Of a DNA stretch of 64,000 nt, positions 40,160 through 53,797 are shown one piece after another. Origin of the DNA: Eledone cirrhosa (Eukaryota). The translations under genes were made by a program, and so were the position numbers. The DNA lies in contig OZ024757.1 in the NCBI GenBank assembly GCA_964016885.1, positions 2,666,001 through 2,730,000 on the forward strand, read 5' to 3'. The notes beneath the pieces are model-generated. The model was not told the origin of the DNA, ran no database searches, and saw only the letters and a program-made list of their open reading frames with translations. The stretch's first letter is position 1. Each line of letters begins with the position of its first letter.

Positions 40160-40296
40160 TTGTTATGGCAATTGTGTTTAACGTTACCATGGAAACAACG
40201 TAACTTCACCAAGCGGAAGTGCAGAGACGCCATTGGATAACTGTTATTCCGCCAGAGGTCGCTCATTGGAGATACAACATATGGCTGGAGGTGAGT
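40160..40296 (+). promoter_or_regulatory. Candidate promoter and first exon: RFX X-box, ETS site, CCAAT/YY1-like site, splice donor
   Basis: GTTACCATGGAAAC (40183-40196) fits the X-box consensus. CGGAAGTG is at 40214, CGCCATTGG at 40228, and GAG|GTGAGT at 40290/40291. Confidence 0.5.
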
Positions 40297-42126
40297 ATTA
40301 AGAAGTTTACTACACTCATTTCTGTGATGTTGTGACATTAATGCATTTCTCTCCTCACTTTGTTTTAGTCCACTGGGTGGCTGATGAGGGGATTCTAGTT
40401 TAGGTTCCCGTCTCTCTTTTCTACTTTTACCTCCATACACACACACTCACACTCACACACACACTCACTCACACCAACACACCCTCACCAACACACACAC
40501 ACCAACGCACACCCACCAACACACACACAGCAACACACACAAACACCAACACACACACACCAACACACACTTACTCACACCAACACACCCTCACCAACAC
40601 ACACACACTAACGCACACCCACCAACACACACACACCAACACACACACCAACACACACACACACACACCAACATACACCCCCCCCCCCACCCCCACACAC
40701 ACGCCAACACACATACACACCAACACACACAACAGACACACACTTATATATATCTTCTTCATCTTGAGAGGGATGTTGGGGGCAGAGTCCTCAACCACTC
40801 CCTCCAGCTAACCATCTCCAACTAATCCAACTGGATCCCTAAGCGTGACCAGCCAAGCTCATAGACGTTATCCAACCATCTTGCTCAGGGTTTCTCCCTA
40901 GGTCTCCTGTCGGGTATAGTGTTGCAAACATCACTATACATATTTCCATGGTCAAGTTACATCATCCGATTATGACGGTGTAATTTTTGTTGTAGCGAAA
41001 AATAACACCGAATTTCACCAGCCATCGCTCCTTTAAATATATTCTCTGTGTTAACGGTAATTCCTTTTATTGATTAACTAATTACCACCCTCCAGGGCGT
41101 GGGTTGGTAGTATCGGTAGAATCGGGCACCATGCTTTGCAGCATAGTTACGGTCCTTTACGGCTAGGTTCAAATCTCGCCGAGGTTAGCTTTGCCTTTCA
41201 TCCTTGCTGGTCGATAAAATAAAGAACCAGTAACGTACTGGGATCGATTCAATCGACTTTCCCATCCCCCCCAAATTACTGGCTTTGTGCCTATACTAGA
41301 AATCATTAACTAATTATGCAATCTGCACCTGACGATGTCGTCAATGTCTTAGATCATGGTCGGATGATGTAAATTTACCAGTGAAATATGTATAATGTTT
41401 TTTTAAACATTAAAACTTTAAAGGGATATTTTCTGTCCGGCCTCTGTGTCTTTAAATAAAGCCGACTCTGATATGTAACATCGGAGGTTTGCTGTGTTTT
41501 CTAAGTTTTTGTACACAAGCCCCCCCTAAACCAAAAGTGCCCGGGGGTTCCCAATCTCCTAACCCGGCCCTGTTCCTCCCAAATACATACATTTCCAATA
41601 CGTCTTTGTTATTCATTTATTCCTTTTCATATTGTTTTTTCAGGCAACATATGGAGCTGCAAGATGTATCAGTTGTATTACCACTAGACAACGGAACGAG
41701 ATGAAGAAGACAGCAACAACAACAACAATATAAATAGCAACAACAGCAACAATAAAAACAACAACAACAATACAAGCAGCTTTTAAACGTCGGACGTCAA
41801 TCGAGTTTTTGAAATAAATAGAAGCGGTATGAGTCTGTATTGGAGTAGGAGTATAGTAGTAGTTGTAGGAGGAGGGTGAGGAAGTGGAGGAGGAGGAGGA
41901 TGAGGAGGTGGAAGAGGTGGAGGAAGAGGAGGTGGAGGAGGAAATATTTATTCGTAGACAGAGACATGGTTTCAAAATAGATGAAAAGAGAGTGAACTAT
42001 ATATACGTGTGTGTGTATATATATATATATTTATAATATACAATCCATAAAGGAGTGTACATAGAATTTATACATACAGTAATATATATATAAATAAATA
42101 AATTAATAAATAAACATACATGCATG

Positions 42127-42178
<52 letters not shown>

Positions 42179-42559
42179 ATAAAAATGTATGTATGAAGAA
42201 ATGGTGTTATAATTTGTTTGTTTTTTATCTCTCACTCTCTTTCACTCTATCTACCTATCTTTATATACATTATATATATATATATATATATATAAGATTT
42301 TTTTCGTTTTGCTCTGTTTTCGTTCTTTGTCTTCTCTTTGTTAATGTTCCTAAGTTTATTATTATTAATCTGTGACGAACGTGTTCTCTCTTCTCTCGCC
42401 AATAATTTCAATGTTTTCCATTTCTCAACACGATATCTTCTTTTCTTTCAGTCTCACGAGACTTCCGTTGCTATAACAGTACAAAACCTTCTCCCTGACG
42501 TCACATAATATTCTATGTTTACCTGTTATGGCTTAATTGCTATAGGTTATTGTTTTGTC

Positions 42560-44090
42560 TTGTCTTTTACTCCACGGCCAATGCTTTAGCCCAACATCTG
42601 TGACTGGCGAAGACTCCCGAAGAGATTCCTGTATAACTTCATACCAAGAAACAGCAGACTATCCGATTTCTTCCATCTGGTCAAGACCCGCAAAGAGGGA
42701 CTCGATCTGAAACTCAGACTCATTGTTTCTAGTGTTGAAAGATCTAAGTACAAAATCTTATGGCTTCTATCCAAGGTGACCCCTGTTGGCCGCCTTCCCG
42801 GACTCTGTCGAGAGCTCGGAAGGAGTCATCGAAAGCCCCAACTGGTTGGGGCCCGACACCCGCGGATACAACAGATGTACTTTTTGTCTAGATGTGGTCT
42901 TCCTCTACACATCGGTATCTGCACTCCCGGCTGTGGATATACCCACTGAATCTGTCGGTTTCAGCGACCTGTTTCGGCCTCAACACCACCCACATCCACA
43001 AGCTCCTGTCCATCATTGTCAACAACTCATTTTTCAGCGTCCTTGGACAAACCTACCGACAAACCTTTGGACTACCCACGGGATCCAGCCTCTCCGGTTT
43101 ACTGGTCATCCCTTACATGAACAGACTCGAAGGCCGAGTACTCAGCTCCTGCAACACCTGCGTTTTCTTCGCTAGATGTGAAGATGATACACTCATCCTC
43201 ACATCCTCCCGTGAGAATGCCAACAGGATATTTAAGTCTTTCAACACCGCTGACAGAAACATTAGGTTTAGTGGGGAACATCCCTCCGACTCCGGGTCCT
43301 CACCTTGTTTGACCTCAGACTGAACATTACTGAAAGTGGGGGAAATAAACACCAATTTCTACCACAAAGCAGCCAGCAGGAACCTTTTCGTCCACTACAA
43401 ATATGACCCCCCCATTCTAAAAGATGGTACATTTCTAATGAAATTGCTCGTATTCACAACAGATGCAGCGACGTCACGAATAGAGCCACCAACATCAGAC
43501 GGTTTCACAGGGTGTTAGAGACCAAGGGCTACCCAGCTTCCCTCTCCACCCAACAGCGAAACCCCAGAAATAGAAACCAGACCAACACAGACAATAGTTG
43601 TTTCCCACACTTCAGCGAAGAAACTAACAACGCTATGCGCAGAGCCACCAGAGAGGGCCTCAATATCAAACTGGCTCACTCGGGACCTTCCCTGTGGGGA
43701 TGCTTATCTACAAGAACTCCCCCCCCCCCAGCGAAGATAACAGATGTATCTTTGCCAATTGCCCTACCCACAACACTGATTACTGTCTGTGTGCCTACGT
43801 GGTGCACATGTTGGAATGTGACAAGTGCAGCCAATTCTACATTGGCAGCACTATTCGACCCTTTTACACATCCGAATTCAAGAGCACATTAACACCAACA
43901 CCTCTTCCTTCCGCAAACACATCATGAAATGTGGAAAAAGGGACAGTAAAATAATCACCACCATCTTGGCTGCCGAGCGCAATGTGGGCACGCTGAGAGT
44001 CAAGGAAGCCCTCCTTATTAAGCAGCTAGAGACCCTCCCCCATTAATAAAAGAATGGAAAGGAATGTGGCGCAAGGGTTAATCTAACTTG
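42560..44090 (+). mobile_element. Decayed Penelope-like element (RT plus GIY-YIG endonuclease)
   Basis: Motifs: LDVVFLYTSV; YRQTFGLPTGSSLSGLL..YMNRLE; FARCEDDTL; NTNFYHK; and CLCAYVVHMLECDKCSQFYIGSTIRP...RIQEH...KEALLIK (GIY-YIG). Confidence 0.85.
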
Positions 44091-44707
44091 TTCAACCTGG
44101 GTCATCATGTCAACACCTAAGCTGTCCTGTAATGTGTGTTCCCTGGCCTAATTTGACGGACGCTAGCAGCTGACAAATTCTTTATTGGTTTTCAGTGGTC
44201 AACTTGCAGACCAGACTACGTTTACAGACCTTTACTCCAGTAGCCCGTAAACATCTGGTTTTCACACACACGCATTCTTCTTACACACATGCACACGCAT
44301 ATATCATACACACACTTATACAAGTTCTTACACACATACACACACATATATCATACATACACTCACACACATTCTTCTTACACATACGCACTTCTTATAC
44401 ACACATATATCATACACACTCACACACGTTCTTCTTATACGCATGCGCAGACAACACTAAACTTTGACGTTATATTTATTCAAAACTAAATCGACCACCC
44501 GCCCCCAACATGTCTCAGGTTTCTCTCTGAGATCCTCCCTTACTGAGGGTTGTAAACCTGAAAATATTTGGGATTAAGAATTTATAAGGTAACTCCCTTT
44601 ATTTTATTCTACTTTCTTATTACCTTGGTGTTTTTACCAAACACATTGTATATATATAAATATATATATAAACAAGCAGTGGAAGTCAACAGGGTAAAAT
44701 TAGCTTC

Positions 44708-44781
44708 GTTTATTCATATTCCCTGTTATATATATTTCAGTGATAGCCATTATTCAACAGCTATGACCTCATCAGACAGAA
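44708..44781 (-). ncRNA. Type I hammerhead ribozyme (family D relative)
   Basis: CTGT-CTGATGA-ggtcatagc...gctatcact-GAA AT atat AT A-ACAG, followed by AATAAA. Confidence 0.75.
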
Positions 44782-45065
44782 CTTGAACAGAAAAAATAGG
44801 AAAACAATGTTGTAATAGATTTTACCTTGTTCATCCATCGATATGCCCAGAGTGTGGTGTTAGTCCTCTCAGGAACTGAAAGCATGTGACTTCCTTGTCG
44901 ACTTCTTGTTTTTACACTTCTTGTTTTTACATTACTCCGGAGTAAACAGACCCACCTGCGTTGAGTGCTCCAACCTGCATACTGGAGTGTCGGTAGACAA
45001 CCAACACATACTCAAAATTATATATATAATAAGAAAATGCGAAGTAGTTTCAGATATTAAAGTCC

Positions 45066-45153
45066 TTTATTGATAAGGTTGTAATACATATTTCAATGAC
45101 GAGAGTGGCCACACGATTTCGCGTAATCAGTGCCATGATCTCATCAGACAGCT
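45066..45153 (-). ncRNA. Type I hammerhead-like motif
   Basis: TGT-CTGATGA-gatcatggcac...gtcatt-GAA AT atgt AT T-ACA..., followed by AATAAA. Confidence 0.6.
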
Positions 45154-45231
45154 TCTTACAAAATAAAGTTACGTTCTGGAGGCAATCTAAATAAAAACGA
45201 CAAGGGAACGGACATATATATATATATAGAT

Positions 45232-45422
45232 CGGGGGTAACCACAGTAAAGAATGTACTCAATACATTAGTAGAGTGAAAACAATAAAATTTAATATAGA
45301 AATGACTTTTACAGGACTAGAACTGTTTCATTCGTATGGAATCATCAAAAATGGACGTTCCTGATGATTTCATACGAATGAAACAGTTCTAGTCTGCAAG
45401 AGCCATTTCTTTATTAAATTCT
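45232..45422 (-). mobile_element. Palindromic HHR element, decayed family A copy
   Basis: acaggactagaactgtttcattcg...ctgatgatttcatacgaatgaaacagttctagtc, with the family A tail on the left. Confidence 0.75.
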
Positions 45423-45758
45423 GTTATATATATATGTATGTCTGTGTCTGATGGTAGCTAAGATGCTTCCATAGGCGGTATGCCGGTTGAGCACTCTATG
45501 CTCTTACAGAGAAGAGTGTGATAGAATAGAAAACGAAAAATCAGTGAGAGAATATGCTCCGAAATCATTAGACGTGTCCGTCGAACCTGCGGGTCCAGAA
45601 TCAGACAGATCCACACAATGATCGCGTCTCGAGCTGTCCGCCGGCGAAACAATTGTAACACACAATAAATTGAGTTCAGATGCATCACTGATTTTTCGTT
45701 TTCTATTCTCTCTCTCTATATATATATATAAAACAAAATTTAATAAAGAAATGGCATC

Positions 45759-45837
<79 letters not shown>

Positions 45838-45846
45838 GTATATATA

Positions 45847-45882
<36 letters not shown>

Positions 45883-47287
45883 TGTATGTATGTATGTATA
45901 CACACACACAAACCTGAAATGTATGTAGAGAATTATATATGATAGTATTTTCCAAGTAGTTTCAGAATTATATCAATGTGTTTATATATTATTGCTCTGA
46001 AGGAAGAAATTAAAAATGATTTAAAAGCTAATTTTTCCGGTAGCTACTCTCGGGCCCCAAATAATAGGGAGAGGTGTGGAATTAGAGGGGCTGGCATGGA
46101 AATGGAGGATGTAGCCTGGTTTAGGAAGAAAGAGGGCCGCAACTACATGAACGTAACCGAGCTGGATGCTGCGCTGAAGGGAGTTACCTGGCCAGGAGAT
46201 GGGGGCTGAATACTATCGAAATCTGAACCGATTCAACCACTCTACTCGGATGGGTGAGATCAGTAAACACCAATGAGAGGAGGGTACAAACGAAACCGGC
46301 GGCAGAGATGTTAATAAAGCGCCACCTGGGAATAATTTGGAAAGTTATCTGCTGAGGTCGGTCTGAAGCTGAACGTGGGGTTTGTACCCTCGGAAAGGGC
46401 TATGGCGGAGGTTCTAACTAGGGTAAAGAAAGCCTGGTTAGAAGGGCCAAAGGAATCGGGGGTAGCTGCAGGGTGTCGGCTGAGTGACTCGGGGTTGAAG
46501 AGACTGTATAACATGCAAGATATGGGAAGAAATAGGGGCCTGTTTAAGAGCAGGGAAGTTGACCCCGAGGTCACCAGAGAGTGTGTGCTGAAAGAGGGGG
46601 AGGGTTGTGGCAGGGGTCAGTTGTGGTAGCGGTCAGTCTATCCCCCCACCCGTCTGGGTTAGGGTTAGGTGTGACACGAGATGAGTAACATCCCGGTGGA
46701 GAACAACTGGAAACGAGTGGCAGTGGTTGTGATACACTGCCAACAGGGGGCGTATCTCTCAATGGTCGACTGCGGACAGGGTCGGAGAGAGATATAGAGG
46801 GAGATAATGACGTTGAAAGAAATATCCCTGGAGTGGGGCCCTGTAGAGGAGCTGCTGAAGGACAATGGGACTACATTTCGTTCAGAGGTGCTTAAATAAA
46901 TACTTGATAAGTGGAACATGAACCGCATCTTCGGAGCGGGGTGTTTCGGGTTTAGCATGTCACCTGGGTCAGGTTAGGCCGTGGAGTCAGTACCACACAG
47001 AGTGATATCAGATAGGAATGGTGATATCTGTGTACAGAGCCACAGCGACCTGTGGAAGCCTGCATTTATACAGGTCACGGCCAAAGTTTGGGTCAAACCC
47101 CCAAATGGGTGCTGAAATTCTCGAAGGAGGAAGGGACCAGTAACAGCCGTAAATTCTAGAAAGAGCAAATCTGCGGATGGAATGTCGCCGATGGAATGCC
47201 ATGGATACATACATACATACACACATACATACATACATACATACATACATACATACATACATACATACATACATACATACATACATA

Positions 47288-47900
47288 CATGGTGGTGGCT
47301 GCCAACTCGTTTTCGAGTACGGCCACTACTGTATATCCATGTAGGAGAACCCCTACTGATGCGCTGAACGAGTGTGACTTTTTAGTCCAGCCAGCGACTT
47401 GAAAACTCTGGTACAAACACTACACTTGTGACAATTATTGACACATAGTGCTGGGCCCATGGTACCATGTGACAACAAGTGCAGAGAGATCTCCAGATAT
47501 AAAGCAATGCCTGTGCCGTGAAGCTTTTATAGTGAGCAAAGGCACTGCACAAAGCCAGTCCCACTCTCTTAACCAAGATGATATTTACCAAAAAGAAGAA
47601 CAAGTCAACATCATTGGATACCATCAGGGTTGCAGGTGTTATATCAGACTTTTCCTTCTCCTAGAATTCTGCCTTGACAAAGGCTAAGGGGTTATCTCTC
47701 CCGGTGATTTGGGATGGCCATTGACTCTTAAGAGCTCCTTTGCCCTTTGACAGGTTTTGTTTTTAGTCCTGCAGGATGTCCAAAGTCACCCTCCTCACCA
47801 AGAAACCTTGGTGGGGTTGCCAGTTTAGTCGCCAACGACCCGACCATGAGACCGGTTGTACTGGGATACATGTTACCAGTAGCACCAACTGGTGACCTGA
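47288..47900. mobile_element. ~610-bp non-coding interspersed repeat
   Basis: Near-identical inverted copy at 53040-53655 and partial copies at 20405-20818 and 17370-17830. Flanked by (TACA)n/(TA)n. Confidence 0.85.
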
Positions 47901-47970
47901 CATAATACATACATACACACACACATACATACATACACACATACATACATACATACACACATATATACAT

Positions 47971-48001
<31 letters not shown>

Positions 48002-48084
48002 CACATACATATATATATATAGACACACACACGCACACACATATATATATATAGAGAGAGAGACACACACACATATATATACAC

Positions 48085-48126
<42 letters not shown>

Positions 48127-48282
48127 TTGTCTCTAAGTACTTAGCGTGAATGCCTTTTACATTCGTCTTTGTATTACTGTGTATATTTCTCTAAATATGT
48201 TTTCAAAGTATCCCCATTCTTAAAACCCCTCAGCCTCCACCCACCCCAATCATCACCTTCCCCTACCACCAGAAAATGTATA

Positions 48283-48402
48283 AATGATTTCCTTCGAATG
48301 AAACAGTTCTAGTCCTATAGAAGCCATTTCTATATTAAATATTATATACTCTACTATGTATTGAGTACTTTACTTACTGTGGTTACCCCCGATTGAACCC
48401 GG

Positions 48403-48403
<1 letters not shown>
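48283..48403 (+). mobile_element. 5'-truncated family A monomer (HHR 3' part plus tail)
   Basis: tgatttccttcgaatgaaacagttctagtcctatagaagcc...tactctactatgtattgagtac...gtggttacc, matching 9106-9225. Confidence 0.8.
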
Positions 48404-48485
<82 letters not shown>

Positions 48486-48746
48486 ACATACATATATATA
48501 TGTATATATATATATATATATGTATGCATCTGTAATTATTACCTGGAGTTGCGACCAGTAGATAGTATTAGCAATTGGAAAGGCCAACGGAAACATTGTT
48601 TCCTCGGTCCGTTTGACGAAAGTCGATCGTTCCTTTTATATATATATATAAGTATATATATATGTGTATATATATACATATATTTATATATATGTGTGTA
48701 TATATATATATATATTAATATATATATGTGTATATATATATATATT

Positions 48747-48783
<37 letters not shown>

Positions 48784-48786
48784 GTG

Positions 48787-48839
<53 letters not shown>

Positions 48840-48933
48840 TTATATATATATGTGTATATATATATATATATATATTTATTTATATATATATATATATTTA
48901 TATATATGTATATATATATATATTTATATATAT

Positions 48934-49408
48934 ATATAAGTATGTATACGTACATACACATATGTATACAGACGCACAGCAGTATGTATATATATATACA
49001 TACATGCACACACATATATATATGTACGTATGAATTCACCGAACATTTATTATAATGCTCGGTGTGTCTGTAAACAAACATCCCGTATTAAGCCGTAGTG
49101 TCTAGCAACCATCGTTGCTCGTCTGTTCAACACTGACAACAGGAAGGTATACGTTGCTAACGATAGCTAATAAGCTTGAAACTAGTACAGCGTTCCTTTG
49201 TTTAGTGTTGAACAAACGAGCAGCGATGGTTGCTAGACACTACGGCTTAATACGGGATGTTTGTTTACAGACACACCGAGCATTATAATAAATGTTCAGT
49301 GAATCCATACGTACATATATATATATATATATATATGTGCATGTATGTATATATATATACTACGGTACGTCTGTATACATATATGTATGTACGTATACAT
49401 ACTTATAT
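48934..49408 (+). mobile_element. Long fold-back (~200-bp arms) with a variant HHR in the loop
   Basis: Arms ~48934-49140 and ~49195-49408. Loop: CGTTG-CTAACGA-tAGCTaataAGCTt-GAAAC TA GTA-CAGCG. Confidence 0.7.
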
Positions 49409-49479
49409 TTAAGTAACAGCCGTACTAAGAGTGGGAAATGAAATTTCGTTTCATTTTTTCCGTTTATATATATATATAC

Positions 49480-49560
<81 letters not shown>

Positions 49561-50134
49561 TGTTAGTTCTTTCGTTACTCTGGTATTGTGTGGTTGGGTT
49601 GCCTACCGCAATGTTCAATTTGTCAAGCTATTTAAACGTATGTTATTACTCTAAGGACCTACCCTTATTGAGTGCTTTGTTAACTCATTCCTATTGTAGG
49701 TCGACTTTGCTTGCCCGCAACCAAAGCTTCGATTTTACTAAGCTTCCACACACACACACAAACACACACACACACACACACACACATACACACACATATA
49801 TATGTGTGTGTGTGTGTGTGTGTGTATGTGTGTGTGTCGGAACCTGACACTCCAAGAGAGAGAGAGAGAGTAGTTGCCTCCCTTCACCTTCTACAGCAGC
49901 CAGTACCGCAGCGCCCCCTATATAGATTCCTATTCTTTTCAAGCCGAAATTAAATCTACCTGCTGTCGCTAACCTGGCTTCGATAGATTTCCTAGCTTTC
50001 CAGGTTAGACTCGCATACCTGAACCTCTCCGATATATATAACTAAGATATGGTGTCATATATGAATATATGTATATATATATATTGGAAAATGTGTAAAA
50101 TCCTTGGTACAGTTAGGTATATCAACTTGATCAC

Positions 50135-50375
50135 CTTGACCGACCAGTCTGTCGGGCGCAGCTGGTAACAGCACGTCGTGCTGTTTTAGCCATAACATAA
50201 CGCCATCTCACCGGCTGGGCGGGCAGGCCGGTACTCATTTCTACAGCTGAGTAAACTGGAGCAACGTGAAATAAAGTGTCTTGCTCAAGGAAACAACACA
50301 TCACCCGGTCCGAGAATTGAACTCACAACATTTCGATTGCAAGCCCAATGCTGTAACCACTAAGCCATGCGCCTT
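50135..50375 (-). mobile_element. tRNA-derived SINE
   Basis: Minus strand ggcgcatggcttagtggtt...gagttcaattc..., same family as 19462-19770. Confidence 0.8.
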
Positions 50376-50523
50376 CACAGTTAGGTATATATATAAGTGA
50401 ACTCATTCTTTTCCTTTATATATATATATAAAGGAAAAGAATGACTCACTCCTTTTCCAACAAGCGTGAAACTAATATGACTATGTAACTGCATCTCTGT
50501 TCTCTTTTTTAATTATGTATATA

Positions 50524-50556
50524 CTAGCTGAGTGACCCGGCGTTGCCCGGGCTGGA
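50524..50556 (-). mobile_element. Helitron 3' terminus
   Basis: Minus strand CCCGGgcaacgCCGGG hairpin, then tcactcagCTAG|T. Confidence 0.7.
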
Positions 50557-50699
50557 CGTTTCTGTAAGAATCGTTTAATTTCTTGAAACCTTTGGTAATG
50601 GAATAATTATATTGTATTTGTTTATTATATAATTAAATAGTTCTTTACTATATATAGAGCACTCTTCTTTCCTTTACCTTCTCTACGGAAATACTTAAC

Positions 50700-50731
<32 letters not shown>

Positions 50732-50745
50732 ATAAGAGAGAGAGA

Positions 50746-50799
<54 letters not shown>

Positions 50800-50826
50800 A
50801 TTTGAGAAACATAGTATTTTGCATAT

Positions 50827-50862
<36 letters not shown>

Positions 50863-51347
50863 GCAAATAATGTTCAGGAAAATATATCTACTTTAAGGTG
50901 AAAGTATGTATATTCTCCTGAATATTATTTACTGTACACACACACACATATATATGTACAAATTACTATGTTTCTCAAAGGATCTCTCTCACTCTCTCTC
51001 TCTCTCACTCTCCCTCAACCTCTATGTACGCTAACTCTATTATCTTACAATTTCTTTTTTCAACATATATTATATACGTATTTGTGGTCACACATACACT
51101 GATATGCTTGCCCTAATGTATGTACTTACGCACACATTTTTTCACTATACACATGCATTTGTGCATACACACATATGCACATTTGTAGGTGCATATACAC
51201 ACATTTATACACATACCCTAACTATATTTCCTTATTTTGTTTTTTATATATCTCTTGCATTACTATTATTTATATTTTTTTATTTTGCCCGTTAAACCTT
51301 TGCCTTACTTGAGGAGATTTTTCAAATATTTCACTATGTTTTAAATA

Positions 51348-51418
51348 ACCTTGTCTGACGAACGAATGAGGACGTTTCTTGTATTCGTCTTATTCGGCAA
51401 ACCTCTGGTAATGAGGTA
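51348..51418 (+). ncRNA. HHR remnant with a G12->C core change
   Basis: ACCTTGT-CTGACGA-aCGAATGAGGACG...CGTCTTATTCGg-CAA ACC tct GGT A-ATGAGGT. Confidence 0.6.
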
Positions 51419-51547
51419 ATTATATTGTATTGTTTATTATACATTACATATATATAGAGATATATATATATATATGTATATATATATGTATATATATATG
51501 TATATATGTATATATATATATGTATATATATATGTATATATATATAT

Positions 51548-51652
<105 letters not shown>

Positions 51653-51717
51653 CATACATATATTATATATGTACATATATATATATACATACATAAATAT
51701 ATATACACACACACACA

Positions 51718-51844
<127 letters not shown>

Positions 51845-52724
51845 TAAATTTCTTTAAGTCGTTTGGAAGCCTCGACAATGCAGATGGGTAAATCTCCGGG
51901 TAACAAGATCCGGTGGCGGAGAGAGAGATGTAAGTGGGTGTACGTTGAGATGCGTGGTGTGTATAAGACTGTAACGTGTTGAGGAATGAAGCAAAGAGCG
52001 TAAAGGATAAAAATAAAAATAAAAACACGAGATAGAGTTACCTTGGGAGAGATTTAATTGTCCCTATATATTTCGGATTCACATCCATCAACTGGGTTTT
52101 TTTACGGGGGAGGGGGAAGGTTGTCTGTCGGAAAGGTGCGAAACCTGTCCTCCGCTATTCGTTGTTTTGAATATCTGAGGTATTCAGCAGAGCGCGCGTG
52201 CGCGTGAAATGGGGTCGGTCAGGCAGAGGTCAGCGGCCTAAATAGTTCTTTCAATTGTGGGAGTGGGGTGGAGCTAGCTGTCAGTCCATAGTATTCTCTG
52301 CCTGTTTGGTGAATGTTACTGTGTGTGTGTGTGTGCGCGTGTGTGGTGTCTCGCTTGAGTGTGTGTGTGTGTGTTGTTGCCTTGTTCCTCTGTATTGGCA
52401 GTGTAGTATGTTCGTATGGTGGAATGCTACTGTGTGTGTGTGTTTGTGCGTGTGTTGCTGTCTCGCTTGTATGTGTGTGTGCGTGTGTTGCTGCATCGTT
52501 TGTTAACTTAAACCAACCACCTCATTTCGCTTCTCTAGGATCGGTTGTTTAATTGTGGCCCTAGGCGTTTGATCCAAAGTGCTTCCTTGATACGTAATGT
52601 GCCGACGTTTCTTTCTGTCGCTAGAATTGTGACAATGGGCCTTCCGTCTTTGTTTCCGTATTTGGCTATGTGTTTCCGGAAAGATGAGGCCCTGGTGTTA
52701 GTGTGCTCCTTATATAGATATATA

Positions 52725-53030
52725 TATTTCGTTTCTGAATTTGTTTAGCAAGATTCTTTATCTGAAAACGTGTGTTGAAACCGATATTGTTATGCTTTGG
52801 GAGGGTCATGTTGCCAATAAGAAACACACGCATCAGTTCAATTTATTATAAATTAAATCTATAAATTTAGGAATGAATTTATAAATTTCCGGTTGGTTGG
52901 TTGGTCTCACAATCAGACGATTGTTCATATATTGTCAAAGTTCTTTCATCACACATTCTGTGACCTCTTCAGTGACTGGGATTATTTTCTTTGTTTTTGT
53001 GCCTCTCCTTTGTTCTGTCTTACGCCATCT
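52725..53030 (-). mobile_element. Family C HHR repeat copy
   Basis: Minus strand: GTCA-CTGAAGA-ggtcacagaatgtgtgat-GAAAGAACTT-TGAC. Confidence 0.7.
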
Positions 53031-53039
53031 TGCCGTATG

Positions 53040-53652
53040 TGTCAGGTCACCAGTTGATGCTACTGGTAACATGTATCCCAGTACAACCTGTCCCATGGTC
53101 GGGTCGTTGGCGACTAAACTGGCAACCCCACCAAGGTTTCTTGGTGAGGAGGGTGACTTTGGACATCCTGCAGGACTAAAAACAAAACCTGTCAAAGGGC
53201 AAAGGAGCTCTTAAGAGTCGATGGCCATCCAAAATCACCGGGAGAGATGACTCCTTAGCCTTTGTCAAGGCAGAATTCTAGGAGAAGGAAAACTCTGATA
53301 TAACACCTGCAACCCTGATGGTATCCAATGATGTTGACCTGTTCTTCTTTTTGGTAAATATCATCTTGGTTTTGGTTAAGAGAGTGGGACTGGCTTTGTG
53401 CAGTGCCTCTGCTCACTATAAAAGCTTCACGGCACAGGCATTGCTTTATATCTGGAGATCTCTCTGCACTTGTCGTCACATGGTACCATGGGCCCAGCAC
53501 TATGTGACAATAATTGTCACAAGTGTAGTGTTTGTACCAGAGTTTTCAAGTCGCTGGCTGGACTAAAAAGTCACACTTGTTCAGCGCATCGGTTGGGGTT
53601 CTCCTACATGGATATAAAGTAGTGGCCGTACTCGAAAACGAGTTGGCAGCCA

Positions 53653-53655
<3 letters not shown>
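53040..53655. mobile_element. ~610-bp interspersed repeat, inverted relative to 47288-47900
   Basis: Reverse-complement near identity. Confidence 0.85.
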
Positions 53656-53699
<44 letters not shown>

Positions 53700-53732
53700 C
53701 GAAACATAAGTCAATTGCATGAACTCATAATC

Positions 53733-53797
53733 CTTTATTTACTGCTATATATATTTCGATGATACCCATTGAATGGCTACGACCTCATCAGGCAGTT
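53733..53797 (-). ncRNA. Type I hammerhead ribozyme (family D relative)
   Basis: ACTGC-CTGATGA-ggtcgtagccattcaatgggtatcatc-GAA AT atat AT A-GCAGT-aAATAAA. Confidence 0.75.

Noticed and set aside
41325-41400. HHR candidate CTGACGA...GAAATATGTATA
   Set aside because: Stems I and II do not pair convincingly; at best a decayed remnant.
41644-41730. Coding exon after a strong acceptor
   Set aside because: All three frames hit stops within ~30 codons, with no recognisable protein.
45520-45710. Fold-back with GAAACAATTGTA-AATAAA as an intact HHR
   Set aside because: The 5' core is degenerate (CCGTCGA); probably a dead member of the class.
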